The position numbers and the translations under genes are program-made. From NCBI GenBank assembly GCA_963753845.1, contig CAVWEI010000029.1, positions 125 to 64,124 of the forward strand: DNA of 64,000 bases, read 5' to 3'. Positions 48,313-57,374 of the stretch are shown piece after piece (positions within the stretch are counted from its first letter, which is position 1; each line of letters opens with the position of its first letter). Under the pieces are notes generated by a model. It searched no databases. It was not told the DNA's origin and saw nothing but the letters and a program-made list of their open reading frames with translations. The stretch comes from an uncultured Gammaproteobacteria bacterium. Lineage in GTDB: Bacteria; Pseudomonadota; Gammaproteobacteria; Chromatiales; Chromatiaceae.

Positions 48313-49290
48313 TCAATCGGTACCGCTACCCGCGACGAGGCGGTCCGCCTGCCTGACGACCAGCAGCCGGTCTCCATCGACCCCGGCCTGTTGCAGGCCT
48401 TGCATGAGGTGCCGCCAGTCAGCGCCGGTCAGGCTTGCCAGGCGTGGCAGTTGCACCTGCAGATAGCCGCCTTCGGCGGTGATCACCAGGCGGGTGGTCG
48501 TGGTGTTCGCCGGAGGGTTCATCGCCAGGCGGTCCCAGTCGACGCGATAGCCCAGCGCCTCGCCCTGTTGCAGTGCATCGTCGAGCTGTCGCAGTTCCAT
48601 GGCGGCCTCGCTGCAGGCCCGGGCCTTCAGATTGCGCTCTGACAGGTTGCTGAACTCACAGCGCAGGATGTCACCCACTTCGTAGGCCGGCCTGCGCAGT
48701 TCCTGCAGATTCCAGACCCCCCCGATGGCGAGTTCGGGTGCCGCCGCGGGTTCCGGCCCGGTGCGCAAATAGCTGCAGTCGTTGTAGGCGCAGAACTCGC
48801 CGACGATCCTGTCTTCGATCGCCTTCTCTGCCCCGGGATTGGGTCCGGAGACGGAGAAGGTCTGTCCATCGACCATGATCAGTATCTGCTGGAGCGGGTC
48901 CACATGGACCCTGAACACGGCGCCCTCGGCAAGCCTGACGCCTGCGCGCCTCAGCTGTTCGGCCAGGTCTGCAGTGGCGCGCCGCCAGCGTGCGATCTTT
49001 GCACGTCTAGCCGGCGTGCTGGTCTTTTCATGTGCGGCGGCGCTCATCTCCATGAGGTAGGTCTCCCGCAACACGTCGAGGGTGATCACCGCGAACTCCC
49101 AGCGCTGGTTCTCATCGGCTGACATCAGATGTTGGGCCAGTATCACCAGCCGCGGTGCTTGCTTTGGCTGCAGCCTGATCGGCCCCGCCTGGCTGCTGCC
49201 CAGTGGCAGTGGCTCGGCCCAGCCCGGCATGACGGCAGGCAGCAGGAATCCAAGCAGGATGATCTGGCCGAGGATCGAAAAAGGCTGCAT
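48313..49290 (-). CDS. Hypothetical exported protein
   Basis: 325-aa ORF with signal-like N-terminus and four Cys. No family recognised. Confidence 0.65.
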   Translation of the reverse strand: MQPFSILGQIILLGFLLPAVMPGWAEPLPLGSSQAGPIRLQPKQAPRLVILAQHLMSADENQRWEFAVITLDVLRETYLMEMSAAAHEKTSTPARRAKIARWRRATADLAEQLRRAGVRLAEGAVFRVHVDPLQQILIMVDGQTFSVSGPNPGAEKAIEDRIVGEFCAYNDCSYLRTGPEPAAAPELAIGGVWNLQELRRPAYEVGDILRCEFSNLSERNLKARACSEAAMELRQLDDALQQGEALGYRVDWDRLAMNPPANTTTTRLVITAEGGYLQVQLPRLASLTGADWRHLMQGLQQAGVDGDRLLVVRQADRLVAGSGTD

Positions 49291-49469
49291 GTATATCAGG
49301 GTGGCTGGGGGCTTATCTCGTTTATGTTACTCCGTTGCTGCAGTTATCCGGTTATCCCCGGCCGGTCTCTGTACCAAATCCGGTGGCGCTGTCCGCCTGA
49401 TCGCGGTGCTATGCTGACTCCAGTTGCGCCTTCCGGGACTGCCGATCAGAGACACGGGGTTATCTTGCA

Positions 49470-51461
49470 TTGAGTATCAAACCACATGCCTTCGTGGCCA
49501 TGCCCTTCGGCACCAAGCCGGGCCCCGATGGTGTGCCCGTCGATTTCAACCGGGTCTACCTGGAGCTGATCAAACCTGCCCTCGAGGATGCCGGTCTGTT
49601 TGCATTTCGTGCGGACGAGGAGGTTCGCCCGGGCGACATCCGGGTGGATATGTTCCAGGAGCTGCTGATTGCCGATCTGGTGGTGGTCGACCTGACCATC
49701 GACAATCCCAATGTCTGGTACGAACTCGGTGTGCGGCATGCCTTGCGCGCGCGCGGCGTGGTCTTGATTTCCGGTGGGCAGGGGACCAAGGCGTTCGATA
49801 TCTATACGGATCGCAAGCTGCGCTATGGCCTGCGCGACGGTGGCCCGGACCCGGATTCGCTGGATGCCGACCGGGCGAACCTGAGTGAGATGATCGCGGC
49901 GACCATGGAATCCTGGCACGGGCGCAAGATGAGCCCCGTCTACCAGCTGATTCCGAACCTGATCGAACCGGACTGGCGCACCCTGCGCATAGGCAATTTC
50001 CGCGAGTTCTGGGAGGCCTACGATGCCTGGGAGGAAAAGATCACCCAGGCGCGCCGCCAGGGGAGGGTGGGGGACATGCTGGTATTGGCGGACGAAGCAC
50101 CGGTATCGGCCTTCCGGGCCAGTGCCTGGATCCGGGCAGGCAAGGCGCTGCGCAGAATCGGCCACTATGGCTTTGCGCTCGAGCAGTTGGAAAAGGGTCT
50201 CGCTATCGAACCGGAGAACCGCGGTGGTCTGCGCGAGAAGGGCATGTGCCTGCAACGTCTGGCCCTGCAGGGGAAACGGGGCTACCCGATCGAGATGGCG
50301 CGGAGCCATTACCGCGCGATGCTCCAGGACAGCCCCAAGGATGCCGAGACATGGGCGCTGCTGGCGCGGGTCGAGAAGGATGCCTGGGTCGTTAGCTGGC
50401 GGCTTCCTGATTCCACGCCGCAACAAAGGGTCGAGGACGCACGTTACGAAGACGCCCTGCTGCGGGCCGCTATCAAATGCTACGAAACCGCATTCCGGGC
50501 CGACCCGAAGCACTACTATTCGGGTATCAATGCGCTGGCCCTGATGCACCTGTATGAACATCTGACCGGCGACGATGTTTACCAGGGCACCATGGACATC
50601 CTCGCGGGTGCGGTCAGGTTCTCTGCGCAATGCGAAGAGGGTGAGGAGGACCTCTATTGGGCCCGGGTCTCGCTGGGTGACCTGGAGGTCCTGGCGGGTA
50701 CACCGCAATCGACCGAGTCGGCCTACAAGGAAGCCATTGCGATCAACCGCGACAACTGGTTCGCGCTTGACTCCAGTCGCGGGCAGCTGTTGCTCCTGCA
50801 GGAGCTGGGTTTTTCCCCGGCCAACGTTGAAGCCGGCATCGCGGTATTTGATCGTGCCCTTCAGCGCCTGCCCCTGCCGGGCCGTGACTGGGAGCCGCGA
50901 CGGGTGTTTCTGTTCAGTGGGCACATGGTGGACGCGCCCGATCGTGAATCCCCGAGATTGCCCGAGGACAAGCTGCCGATGGCGGGCGAGAAGATCACGG
51001 CCTGCCTGCGTGAGCTTGGTGCCGGTCCCGAGGACCTGGCGCTGACCCAGGGGGCCTGTGGCGGCGACCTGCTGTTTACCGAGGCCTGTAAGGCGCTGGG
51101 GGTCCGGGTATCCTGGTTGCAGCCCTTCGACGAGCCTGATTTCATACGGTCGTCCGTCGTGCGTTGCGGCGAACAATGGCGTCCGCGTTATCTGGCTGCG
51201 CGCCAGCAGCTCGGCCAGCCTGTCCTGTCGGCGCTGCGGGAACTCGGTGCGCCACCGGAATTTGCGGACAGGGGCTACGCGTATGAGCGCTGCAACCGCT
51301 GGTTGCTTTTTACCGCGCTGGTCTGGGGTGTGGAGAAGGTGCATTTCATCTGTCTGTGGAACGGCGCCGGCGGCGACGGGCCGGGCGGTACCGCACATAT
51401 GTACGAAGCGGTCGCCAGGCGCACCGGGCAGGTCCACTGGATAGATACCCGTACCCTCTGA
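49470..51461 (+). CDS. Deoxyribohydrolase/NDT-like + DUF4071 (MAP3K TRAF-binding TPR) + SLOG-like multidomain protein
   Basis: FVAMPFG..ADLVVVDLT..NPNVWYELGVRHA, TPR region with YYSGINA and YWARVSLGD, C-terminal FSGHMVD..GACGGD..LWNG..GDGPGGT. Confidence 0.82.
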   Translation: MSIKPHAFVAMPFGTKPGPDGVPVDFNRVYLELIKPALEDAGLFAFRADEEVRPGDIRVDMFQELLIADLVVVDLTIDNPNVWYELGVRHALRARGVVLISGGQGTKAFDIYTDRKLRYGLRDGGPDPDSLDADRANLSEMIAATMESWHGRKMSPVYQLIPNLIEPDWRTLRIGNFREFWEAYDAWEEKITQARRQGRVGDMLVLADEAPVSAFRASAWIRAGKALRRIGHYGFALEQLEKGLAIEPENRGGLREKGMCLQRLALQGKRGYPIEMARSHYRAMLQDSPKDAETWALLARVEKDAWVVSWRLPDSTPQQRVEDARYEDALLRAAIKCYETAFRADPKHYYSGINALALMHLYEHLTGDDVYQGTMDILAGAVRFSAQCEEGEEDLYWARVSLGDLEVLAGTPQSTESAYKEAIAINRDNWFALDSSRGQLLLLQELGFSPANVEAGIAVFDRALQRLPLPGRDWEPRRVFLFSGHMVDAPDRESPRLPEDKLPMAGEKITACLRELGAGPEDLALTQGACGGDLLFTEACKALGVRVSWLQPFDEPDFIRSSVVRCGEQWRPRYLAARQQLGQPVLSALRELGAPPEFADRGYAYERCNRWLLFTALVWGVEKVHFICLWNGAGGDGPGGTAHMYEAVARRTGQVHWIDTRTL

Positions 51462-51531
51462 GTCTGGGTCGCCATGTCCACATGGGGTGACGTCAGTACC
51501 GGCGTCTTATGAGTGCGAGAGGAATCAATCA

Positions 51532-52731
51532 ATGCAAGAGCAACTGCGTGAACGTATCAAGTCCCAGGGGCCGAAGAAGATCCTGGCGTGTGACGGTGGC
51601 GGTATCCTGGGCCTGATGTCGGTCGAGATACTGGCCAGGATCGAGCGGGACCTGCGCGAGCGGACGGGCAACGATCAACTGGTCCTGGCCGACTGGTTCG
51701 ATTTCACCTGCGGTACCAGCACCGGTGCGATCATCGCTGCGTGTATCTCCTGCGGCATGTCGATCGATCAGATCCGCGCCTTTTATCTCGACAGCGGCAA
51801 AGACATGTTCGACAAGGCCTCGCTGCTCAAACGCCTGCGTTACAGCTACAACGACGAGCCATTGGCCAGGAAGCTGAGGGCGGAACTGGACCGGGCCCTG
51901 GGGTACCAGTCCACGCCGGAAAGGCCGAACGCAACCCTGGGGGACGAGAAGCTGCGCACCCTGCTGATGATGGTTATGCGCAATCACAGCACGGACTCGC
52001 CGTGGCCGGTCAGCAACAACCCGGAGGGGAAATACAATCAGCGTGTGCGTGACGACGGCAGTCCCCGACTCGATTGCAATCTTGATCTGCCCCTGTGGCA
52101 GCTGGTGCGCGCCAGTACGGCCGCGCCGACCTTTTTCCCCCCCGAGGTGGTGACCTTCGCCGAGGGTACCGGGCACGAGTATCAGTTCGTGTTTGTCGAT
52201 GGTGGTGTAACCACTTACAACAATCCCGCCTTTCTCGCCTTCCAGATGGCGACGGCGGCCCCCTACAGGATCAACTGGCCGACTGGTACCGACCAGATGC
52301 TGATCGTGTCGGTCGGTACTGGCAAGGTGGCCAACGCGCGACCGGATCTCGAGGCCGGTGACCTATGGTTGCTCGATCATGCCAAGAATATCCCGTCCGC
52401 CCTGATGAATGCCGCCTGCGACGGTTGGGACATGGCCTGCCGTACCATAGGTCAGTGCCGTTTCGGCGCCCCGATCGACCGTGAGTTTGGCGATATGGTC
52501 GTGAGCCCGTCCGTCCCTGACAAGCATTCCGGCAAGCTGTTTTCGTATGTCCGCTACGATCCGGACGTGACGCCAGCCGGTCTGGCCGCACTGGGTCTGT
52601 CGGATGTGGATGCCGCGCATGTGCAGTTGATGGACAGCACCGATCATATTGCCGAGATCCAGAAGGTCGGGGCCACCTTCGCAACCCGGCACGTGGATCT
52701 GGACACGCATTTCCAGGGCTTCCTCGGATGA
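51532..52731 (+). CDS. Patatin-like phospholipase (CapV-like)
   Basis: ILACDGGGILG, GTSTG, RASTAAPTFFP, FVDGGV..NNP, VSVGTG. GAGG RBS. Confidence 0.93.
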   Translation: MQEQLRERIKSQGPKKILACDGGGILGLMSVEILARIERDLRERTGNDQLVLADWFDFTCGTSTGAIIAACISCGMSIDQIRAFYLDSGKDMFDKASLLKRLRYSYNDEPLARKLRAELDRALGYQSTPERPNATLGDEKLRTLLMMVMRNHSTDSPWPVSNNPEGKYNQRVRDDGSPRLDCNLDLPLWQLVRASTAAPTFFPPEVVTFAEGTGHEYQFVFVDGGVTTYNNPAFLAFQMATAAPYRINWPTGTDQMLIVSVGTGKVANARPDLEAGDLWLLDHAKNIPSALMNAACDGWDMACRTIGQCRFGAPIDREFGDMVVSPSVPDKHSGKLFSYVRYDPDVTPAGLAALGLSDVDAAHVQLMDSTDHIAEIQKVGATFATRHVDLDTHFQGFLG

Positions 52732-52889
52732 GCCGGGCGGATGCTGTCATATCTGCGCGCGCATGGGGTTTTCGCCGAGGCCGGCGGGTAAGTCCGCCGG
52801 TTTCATATAGACTGTGACCCGGATTGGGCCACTTACAGCGGCTTGCCGTACTTGGTCACAGTGGCGGCTCGTAACCGAGGAGAAAAGAT

Positions 52890-53327
52890 ATGGGATTGTT
52901 TGATTTTGCAAAGGACCTGGGGAAGAAGCTGTTCGGGTCCAACGATGATCCGGCGGAGAAGATCGAAGAGAGCATCGCCGCGGCCAACCCCGGCGTGGAA
53001 GACCTCGGGGTGACGTTCGAGGATGGGGTGGTGCATCTCAGCGGCAAGGCCGCCTCGGCCGAGGCGATGGAGAAGGCCGTACTCATGGCCGGTAACGTCA
53101 AGGGTGTGACCGAGGTGAAAATCGACGGAATGGATGCACCGGAGCCGGAGCCGACAGTCGTTTACTACACCATTGTCAGCGGTGATTCCCTGTCGAAGAT
53201 CGCGAAGGCGCACTATGGCAACGCCATGGACTACCCGAAGATATTCGATGCCAACAAGGAGGTGATCAAGGACCCCGACCTGATCTACCCGGGGCAGAAG
53301 ATCCGTATCCCGCCCAAGACCTGGTAG
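52890..53327 (+). CDS. BON-LysM protein (YgaU/Kbp-like)
   Basis: MGLFDFAKDLGKKLF, AGNVKGV, GDSLSKIAKAHYGNA..IFDAN..PDLIYPGQ. Confidence 0.92.
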   Translation: MGLFDFAKDLGKKLFGSNDDPAEKIEESIAAANPGVEDLGVTFEDGVVHLSGKAASAEAMEKAVLMAGNVKGVTEVKIDGMDAPEPEPTVVYYTIVSGDSLSKIAKAHYGNAMDYPKIFDANKEVIKDPDLIYPGQKIRIPPKTW

Positions 53328-53380
53328 GCCATTATCGGGCGCGGCCTGACGATTACACGCGGTCCCGTCGCGGTCTTTTC

Positions 53381-53401
53381 GTAGGGCAGGCTGCGCCTGC
53401 C
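53381..53401. repeat. GTAG-type REP-like hairpin
   Basis: GTAG-GGCAGGC-TGC-GCCTGCC between convergent genes. Confidence 0.45.
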
Positions 53402-53456
53402 GGGAATCGACCCCGCACGGGGTGCAGACCATAACAAAAGCGACCCCGGCGCTTGC

Positions 53457-53966
53457 TCAGAGAAAGGTCCCGGTCGCTACCAATCGCTCGCCCCAGTATG
53501 GGTTGTCGAGCGAGGCACGCGAGACCTGTTTTCCGGACGAGGGTGCGTGGATGAAGACACCGTCTCCTTCATAGATACCGACATGCCGGGTCTTTCTGAT
53601 CCCGATGGTGAAGAAAAGCAGGTCGCCGGGTAAGAGATTCTCTCGTTCCGGCACGCGTGCCTGGCCCCACTGGGAGGCCGTGGTCCGCGGCACATCCACG
53701 CCCACCTTGCGGTGCGTGTACTGCACCAGGCCGCTGCAGTCGAATCCCCTGCGGCTGTTGCCGCCATAGCGGTACGGGGTGCCGATCAGCCCTTCGGCAA
53801 GACTTACCACCTGGTAACGGGCCGGCGAAACCTCGTCAGGACCGGGGGTGCCAGTGAACCTCGGTCCGGTATGAGGCGATGTGCCGCAACCGACCAGGGC
53901 GATTGCGGCCGCTGACGCCAGGAGCGTGCCTCGGGAAATGATCGACCAGATGCTCTTGGAAGCCAT
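53457..53966 (-). CDS. NlpC/P60 lipoprotein peptidase
   Basis: Lipobox LVGC, GTPYRYGG, GFDCSGL, PGDLLFF, HVGIY, FIHAPS. Confidence 0.95.
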   Translation of the reverse strand: MASKSIWSIISRGTLLASAAAIALVGCGTSPHTGPRFTGTPGPDEVSPARYQVVSLAEGLIGTPYRYGGNSRRGFDCSGLVQYTHRKVGVDVPRTTASQWGQARVPERENLLPGDLLFFTIGIRKTRHVGIYEGDGVFIHAPSSGKQVSRASLDNPYWGERLVATGTFL

Positions 53967-54050
53967 GAGTTCAAACACCAATTGCCTGCCTATGAGCATA
54001 GTCGGCATGGGAAGCCTTGGCTTGAAAGGGCATGGATACCATACGCCGGA

Positions 54051-54635
54051 CTACTGATCCTTACGGATCCCCTCGACTCCCAGCCACAGATGCACCTCCT
54101 TCGATGCCGGGCCAAGGTTGCGCTTGATGCCGAAATCGGCAAGGGCGAAGCTGGTGCGTCCCTCGAAGCCAATCCGGTAGCCGCCCCAGGGGTCATCACC
54201 GGCTCCGATCATGGTCACTGCAATGCTCAGGGGCCGGGTGACGCCGTGCAGTGTCAGTTCGCCCTGCAGTTCCCCCTTGCCGTCGCCGAGATCCCGGTAG
54301 GATGTGCTCACGAAGCGGGCCTCGGGGAACTGCTCGACGTCCAGAAACTCCTCGTCGCGCAGGTGCTTGTCCCGTTCGGCATGGTTCGAGTCGACGCTCG
54401 CGGTGTCGATGGTGACCGATACCTTCGATGCATTGGGGTTGGCCTCGTAGTAGCTGAACTCACCACTGAATGTATTGAAGCGGCCAACCAGCCAGCTGTA
54501 ACCAAGATGCTTGATGTGAAACTGGATGAAGGCATGCGCGCCCTTGGTGTCGATGACGTAGTCGGCGGCCTGAGCCAGGCCCGACAGCAACAGCAGCAGG
54601 CCTGCGCCGAGGATCCGAATCGGGTTGGTGTTCAT
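54051..54635 (-). CDS. yceI: YceI-family periplasmic protein
   Basis: Signal peptide, ADYVIDTKGAHAFIQF..HLGYSWLVGRF, ERDKHLR, LTLHGVT, DPWGGYR. Confidence 0.92.
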   Translation of the reverse strand: MNTNPIRILGAGLLLLLSGLAQAADYVIDTKGAHAFIQFHIKHLGYSWLVGRFNTFSGEFSYYEANPNASKVSVTIDTASVDSNHAERDKHLRDEEFLDVEQFPEARFVSTSYRDLGDGKGELQGELTLHGVTRPLSIAVTMIGAGDDPWGGYRIGFEGRTSFALADFGIKRNLGPASKEVHLWLGVEGIRKDQ

Positions 54636-55207
54636 TGTCTCTCCTTCACTTGTCGTGATGTGTTTTCGGGTTTGAGCATGCGACTCAGCGTATGGTCTTT
54701 GAGAACGAAATGATGCCTCAACGCGGCGAGAAAATGTACGCAGATGAGCCCCAGCAGGGTCATCGCGAGGATGAAATGGATGTCGCCGGCGATATCTTCC
54801 TGGCCCTCGATACCCTGCAGGGTTGCCGGTATCTCGAACCAGCCGAAGACATCCACGGCCCGGCCGTCCGCGGTGGAGATCAGGTAGCCGCTGGCCACCA
54901 GCAACAGGGGCAGCAGGTAGAGCAGCAGGTGCGCGGCACGTGCAGCCGATCTCTCCCGTCGTGAATGGGCCAGTGGCCTTGGTTGCACATTGCCCAGGCG
55001 CCACATCATCCGGGCAAGCAGTACCAGCGCCACCAGGACGCCTGTTGCACGGTGCAGGTCAGGGGCCTTTTTGTACCAGGGGTCGTAGTAATCGAGACCG
55101 GTCATCCACAGACCCAGCGGCAGCAATACGGCGATCATTGCGGCCATGGTCCAGTGCAGGACGATGTTTATCAGCCCATAGGCCTCGGTGCTGTTCCGCC
55201 AGTTCAA
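54632..55207 (-). CDS. Cytochrome b561 (YceJ-like)
   Basis: LHW, APDLHRATG, AHLLLY, HFLAALRHH. TTG start, overlapping yceI. Confidence 0.9.
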   Translation of the reverse strand: MNWRNSTEAYGLINIVLHWTMAAMIAVLLPLGLWMTGLDYYDPWYKKAPDLHRATGVLVALVLLARMMWRLGNVQPRPLAHSRRERSAARAAHLLLYLLPLLLVASGYLISTADGRAVDVFGWFEIPATLQGIEGQEDIAGDIHFILAMTLLGLICVHFLAALRHHFVLKDHTLSRMLKPENTSRQVKERQ

Positions 55208-55232
55208 GTCGATCCTCCGATTCCCGGTCGAT

Positions 55233-56381
55233 TCACAGGGGCTTGGGTGCGTGCCTCATCAACAGGCTCAATACAGTCAGAACAACCAGCAGCAACAGCA
55301 TGAACGCGACGAATGCCTGCCAGCCGATGTACTGGTAGATGAATCCGGGGAAATACGAGCCCATTGCCCCTCCCGTATAGTATGCCGATACATAGAGACC
55401 GTTGATCAGGCCTTTTCGTTCAGTCTCCAGGTGATTGAGGAAGGCCGACAGCACGCTGTGCAAGGTGAACATCCCGGCGGCAAAAACCAGCATCGTGACA
55501 TACGCGAGCTGGTTGCCGGGCAAAGCGAAGGCGGCCGTGCCGAGCAGGTAGACCAGGCTGCCGGCGACCAGTGTCCGGCGTTCACCGCCGAACAGGTGGA
55601 TGAGGCGCAAAGACCCAAGCGCGATCGCCACCCCGACCAGGTAGCCCGTGTAGACGAGAGCGATTGCACTCTGCGAGATGCCGGGGTCGTTGTCGCGCAT
55701 GTGAAACGGCAGAAAATTCAGCACCGCCGCAAACACGAAGAACAGCAGGAAGGCGCTGGCCAGGCCTTCGGCGTAGATGGGGCGTCGCGCCAGTTCGCGA
55801 ATCTCGGCAAGGTGCACCTTGCCGAGGCGCAGCCTTGGGTCGGAGGCCAGCCGGGTGGTCAGCCAGGTGGCGACCAGGGCGGCGAACGCCCAAAAGAGAA
55901 ACGCGGCCTGCCAGTTGATGAGGTCGGTCAGCAGGCCGGTCAGGACACGCCCGCAGTAGCCGCCCAGGATTGTCGCAGCGATATAGATCGTGATGTTCCT
56001 GCGGGTTTTTTCCTGGCCACCCGCGGCCGAGCTGTAGGTCATCAGCGCGGTGAATACGGCCGGCAGCATCAGCCCCTGAATGGTGCGCAGGAGCAGGAAA
56101 ACGGGGTAATCGGGACCAAGGCCAAGGGCGAATTGTGCGAGAGTCAGGACGCTGAAGCTGGCAGTCAGCATGTGTTTGGTCGACACATGTTCCAGCACAT
56201 AGCCATACATCAACGGGCCGAGCGCCAGCGGGATCATGGTCGCGGTGGTCAGCAGGGCGGTATCGCCGATTGGCCTGTGCCATTGTTCCGCCAGCAGGGG
56301 CAACAGTGGCTGGGTGGTATACAGCACCGCGAACCCGACGATGGTGCAATAGACCACGATGGCAAGGTTGCGTTTGCCCAT
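55233..56381 (-). CDS. MFS transporter (YnfM-like)
   Basis: LYTTQPLLP, 12 TMs, GLYVSAYYTGG. Confidence 0.9.
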   Translation of the reverse strand: MGKRNLAIVVYCTIVGFAVLYTTQPLLPLLAEQWHRPIGDTALLTTATMIPLALGPLMYGYVLEHVSTKHMLTASFSVLTLAQFALGLGPDYPVFLLLRTIQGLMLPAVFTALMTYSSAAGGQEKTRRNITIYIAATILGGYCGRVLTGLLTDLINWQAAFLFWAFAALVATWLTTRLASDPRLRLGKVHLAEIRELARRPIYAEGLASAFLLFFVFAAVLNFLPFHMRDNDPGISQSAIALVYTGYLVGVAIALGSLRLIHLFGGERRTLVAGSLVYLLGTAAFALPGNQLAYVTMLVFAAGMFTLHSVLSAFLNHLETERKGLINGLYVSAYYTGGAMGSYFPGFIYQYIGWQAFVAFMLLLLVVLTVLSLLMRHAPKPL

Positions 56382-56524
56382 TGCTGTCCCGGTGCTGGTC
56401 AAAACCGGATTATAGGTCGGGTGGGGCGCCGGGGGAGGCTAGTGGACGAGCGAGTCGGCCGATTTCCACCCGCACGGCGCATGACGGATAATGCCCGGCT
56501 TGAGTCGCGAAGACGGAGCCGTCT

Positions 56525-57370
56525 GTGAAGTTTACTGTCGAAGAATTCCGCAACTGGAAGAACAAGAAGGTCACCCTGCTGGGCATGTCCGGTGTCGGCA
56601 AGACCCATATCTCTGCCATGTTGCGCAAACAGCAGTGGTACCACTATTCGGGAGATTACCGCATCGGTACCCGTTACCTCGACGAGGCCATCCTCGACCT
56701 GGTCAAGGAGCGGGTGATGCAGGTTCCGTTCATCAGCGAGCTGCTGCGCAACGACTGGATCTACGTCCGCAACAACATCAAGATCTCCGATCTGGGGCCG
56801 GTGCTGTCGTTTGTCGGCAAGCTGGGCAACCCGGAGATGGGGGGCGTACCTCTGGAGGATTTCCAGCGCCGTCAGGCGCAATACCGTGATGCCGAGATCG
56901 CGGCTATGCTTGATGTACCGGCATTCATCGACAAGGGGCAGAAGATTTACGGCTACCCCCATTTCGTCAATGATGTTGGCGGATCTCTGTGCGAGCTGGA
57001 TGACCCCGGTGTCATCGACCTTCTGGTCGAGCACACTCTGATGCTGTACATCCAGGTCACAGATCAGGAAGAGGAACAGAAATTGATCTCGCGTGCTCAA
57101 AGCGACCCCAAACCCCTGTACTACCGCCCGGATTTCCTGCTCGAGCAGATGCAGGTGTATCTGGGGGAGACCGGGCTGCGGTATGCGGCAGAGATGGACC
57201 CGGATGAATTCACCCGCTGGGTGTTTCCGCGCCTGTTCCATTCCAGGGTGCCGCGTTATGAACAGATCGCCAGGCAGGGTTACACGGTGACCTCGCGGGA
57301 GGTGGCACAGGTGCGAGATGAACAGGACTTCCTGACACTGCTGGAAACGGCCATAGGGCGGGCGCAGTAA
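56525..57370 (+). CDS. P-loop ATPase/kinase of unknown function
   Basis: LLGMSGVGKT, YSGDYRIGTRYL, NDVGGSLCE, PKPLYY. Confidence 0.8.
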   Translation: MKFTVEEFRNWKNKKVTLLGMSGVGKTHISAMLRKQQWYHYSGDYRIGTRYLDEAILDLVKERVMQVPFISELLRNDWIYVRNNIKISDLGPVLSFVGKLGNPEMGGVPLEDFQRRQAQYRDAEIAAMLDVPAFIDKGQKIYGYPHFVNDVGGSLCELDDPGVIDLLVEHTLMLYIQVTDQEEEQKLISRAQSDPKPLYYRPDFLLEQMQVYLGETGLRYAAEMDPDEFTRWVFPRLFHSRVPRYEQIARQGYTVTSREVAQVRDEQDFLTLLETAIGRAQ

Positions 57371-57374
57371 AGCC

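Noticed and set aside
51532-52731. Calling the patatin locus CBASS
   Set aside because: No CD-NTase or Cap2/Cap3 is visible in the window.
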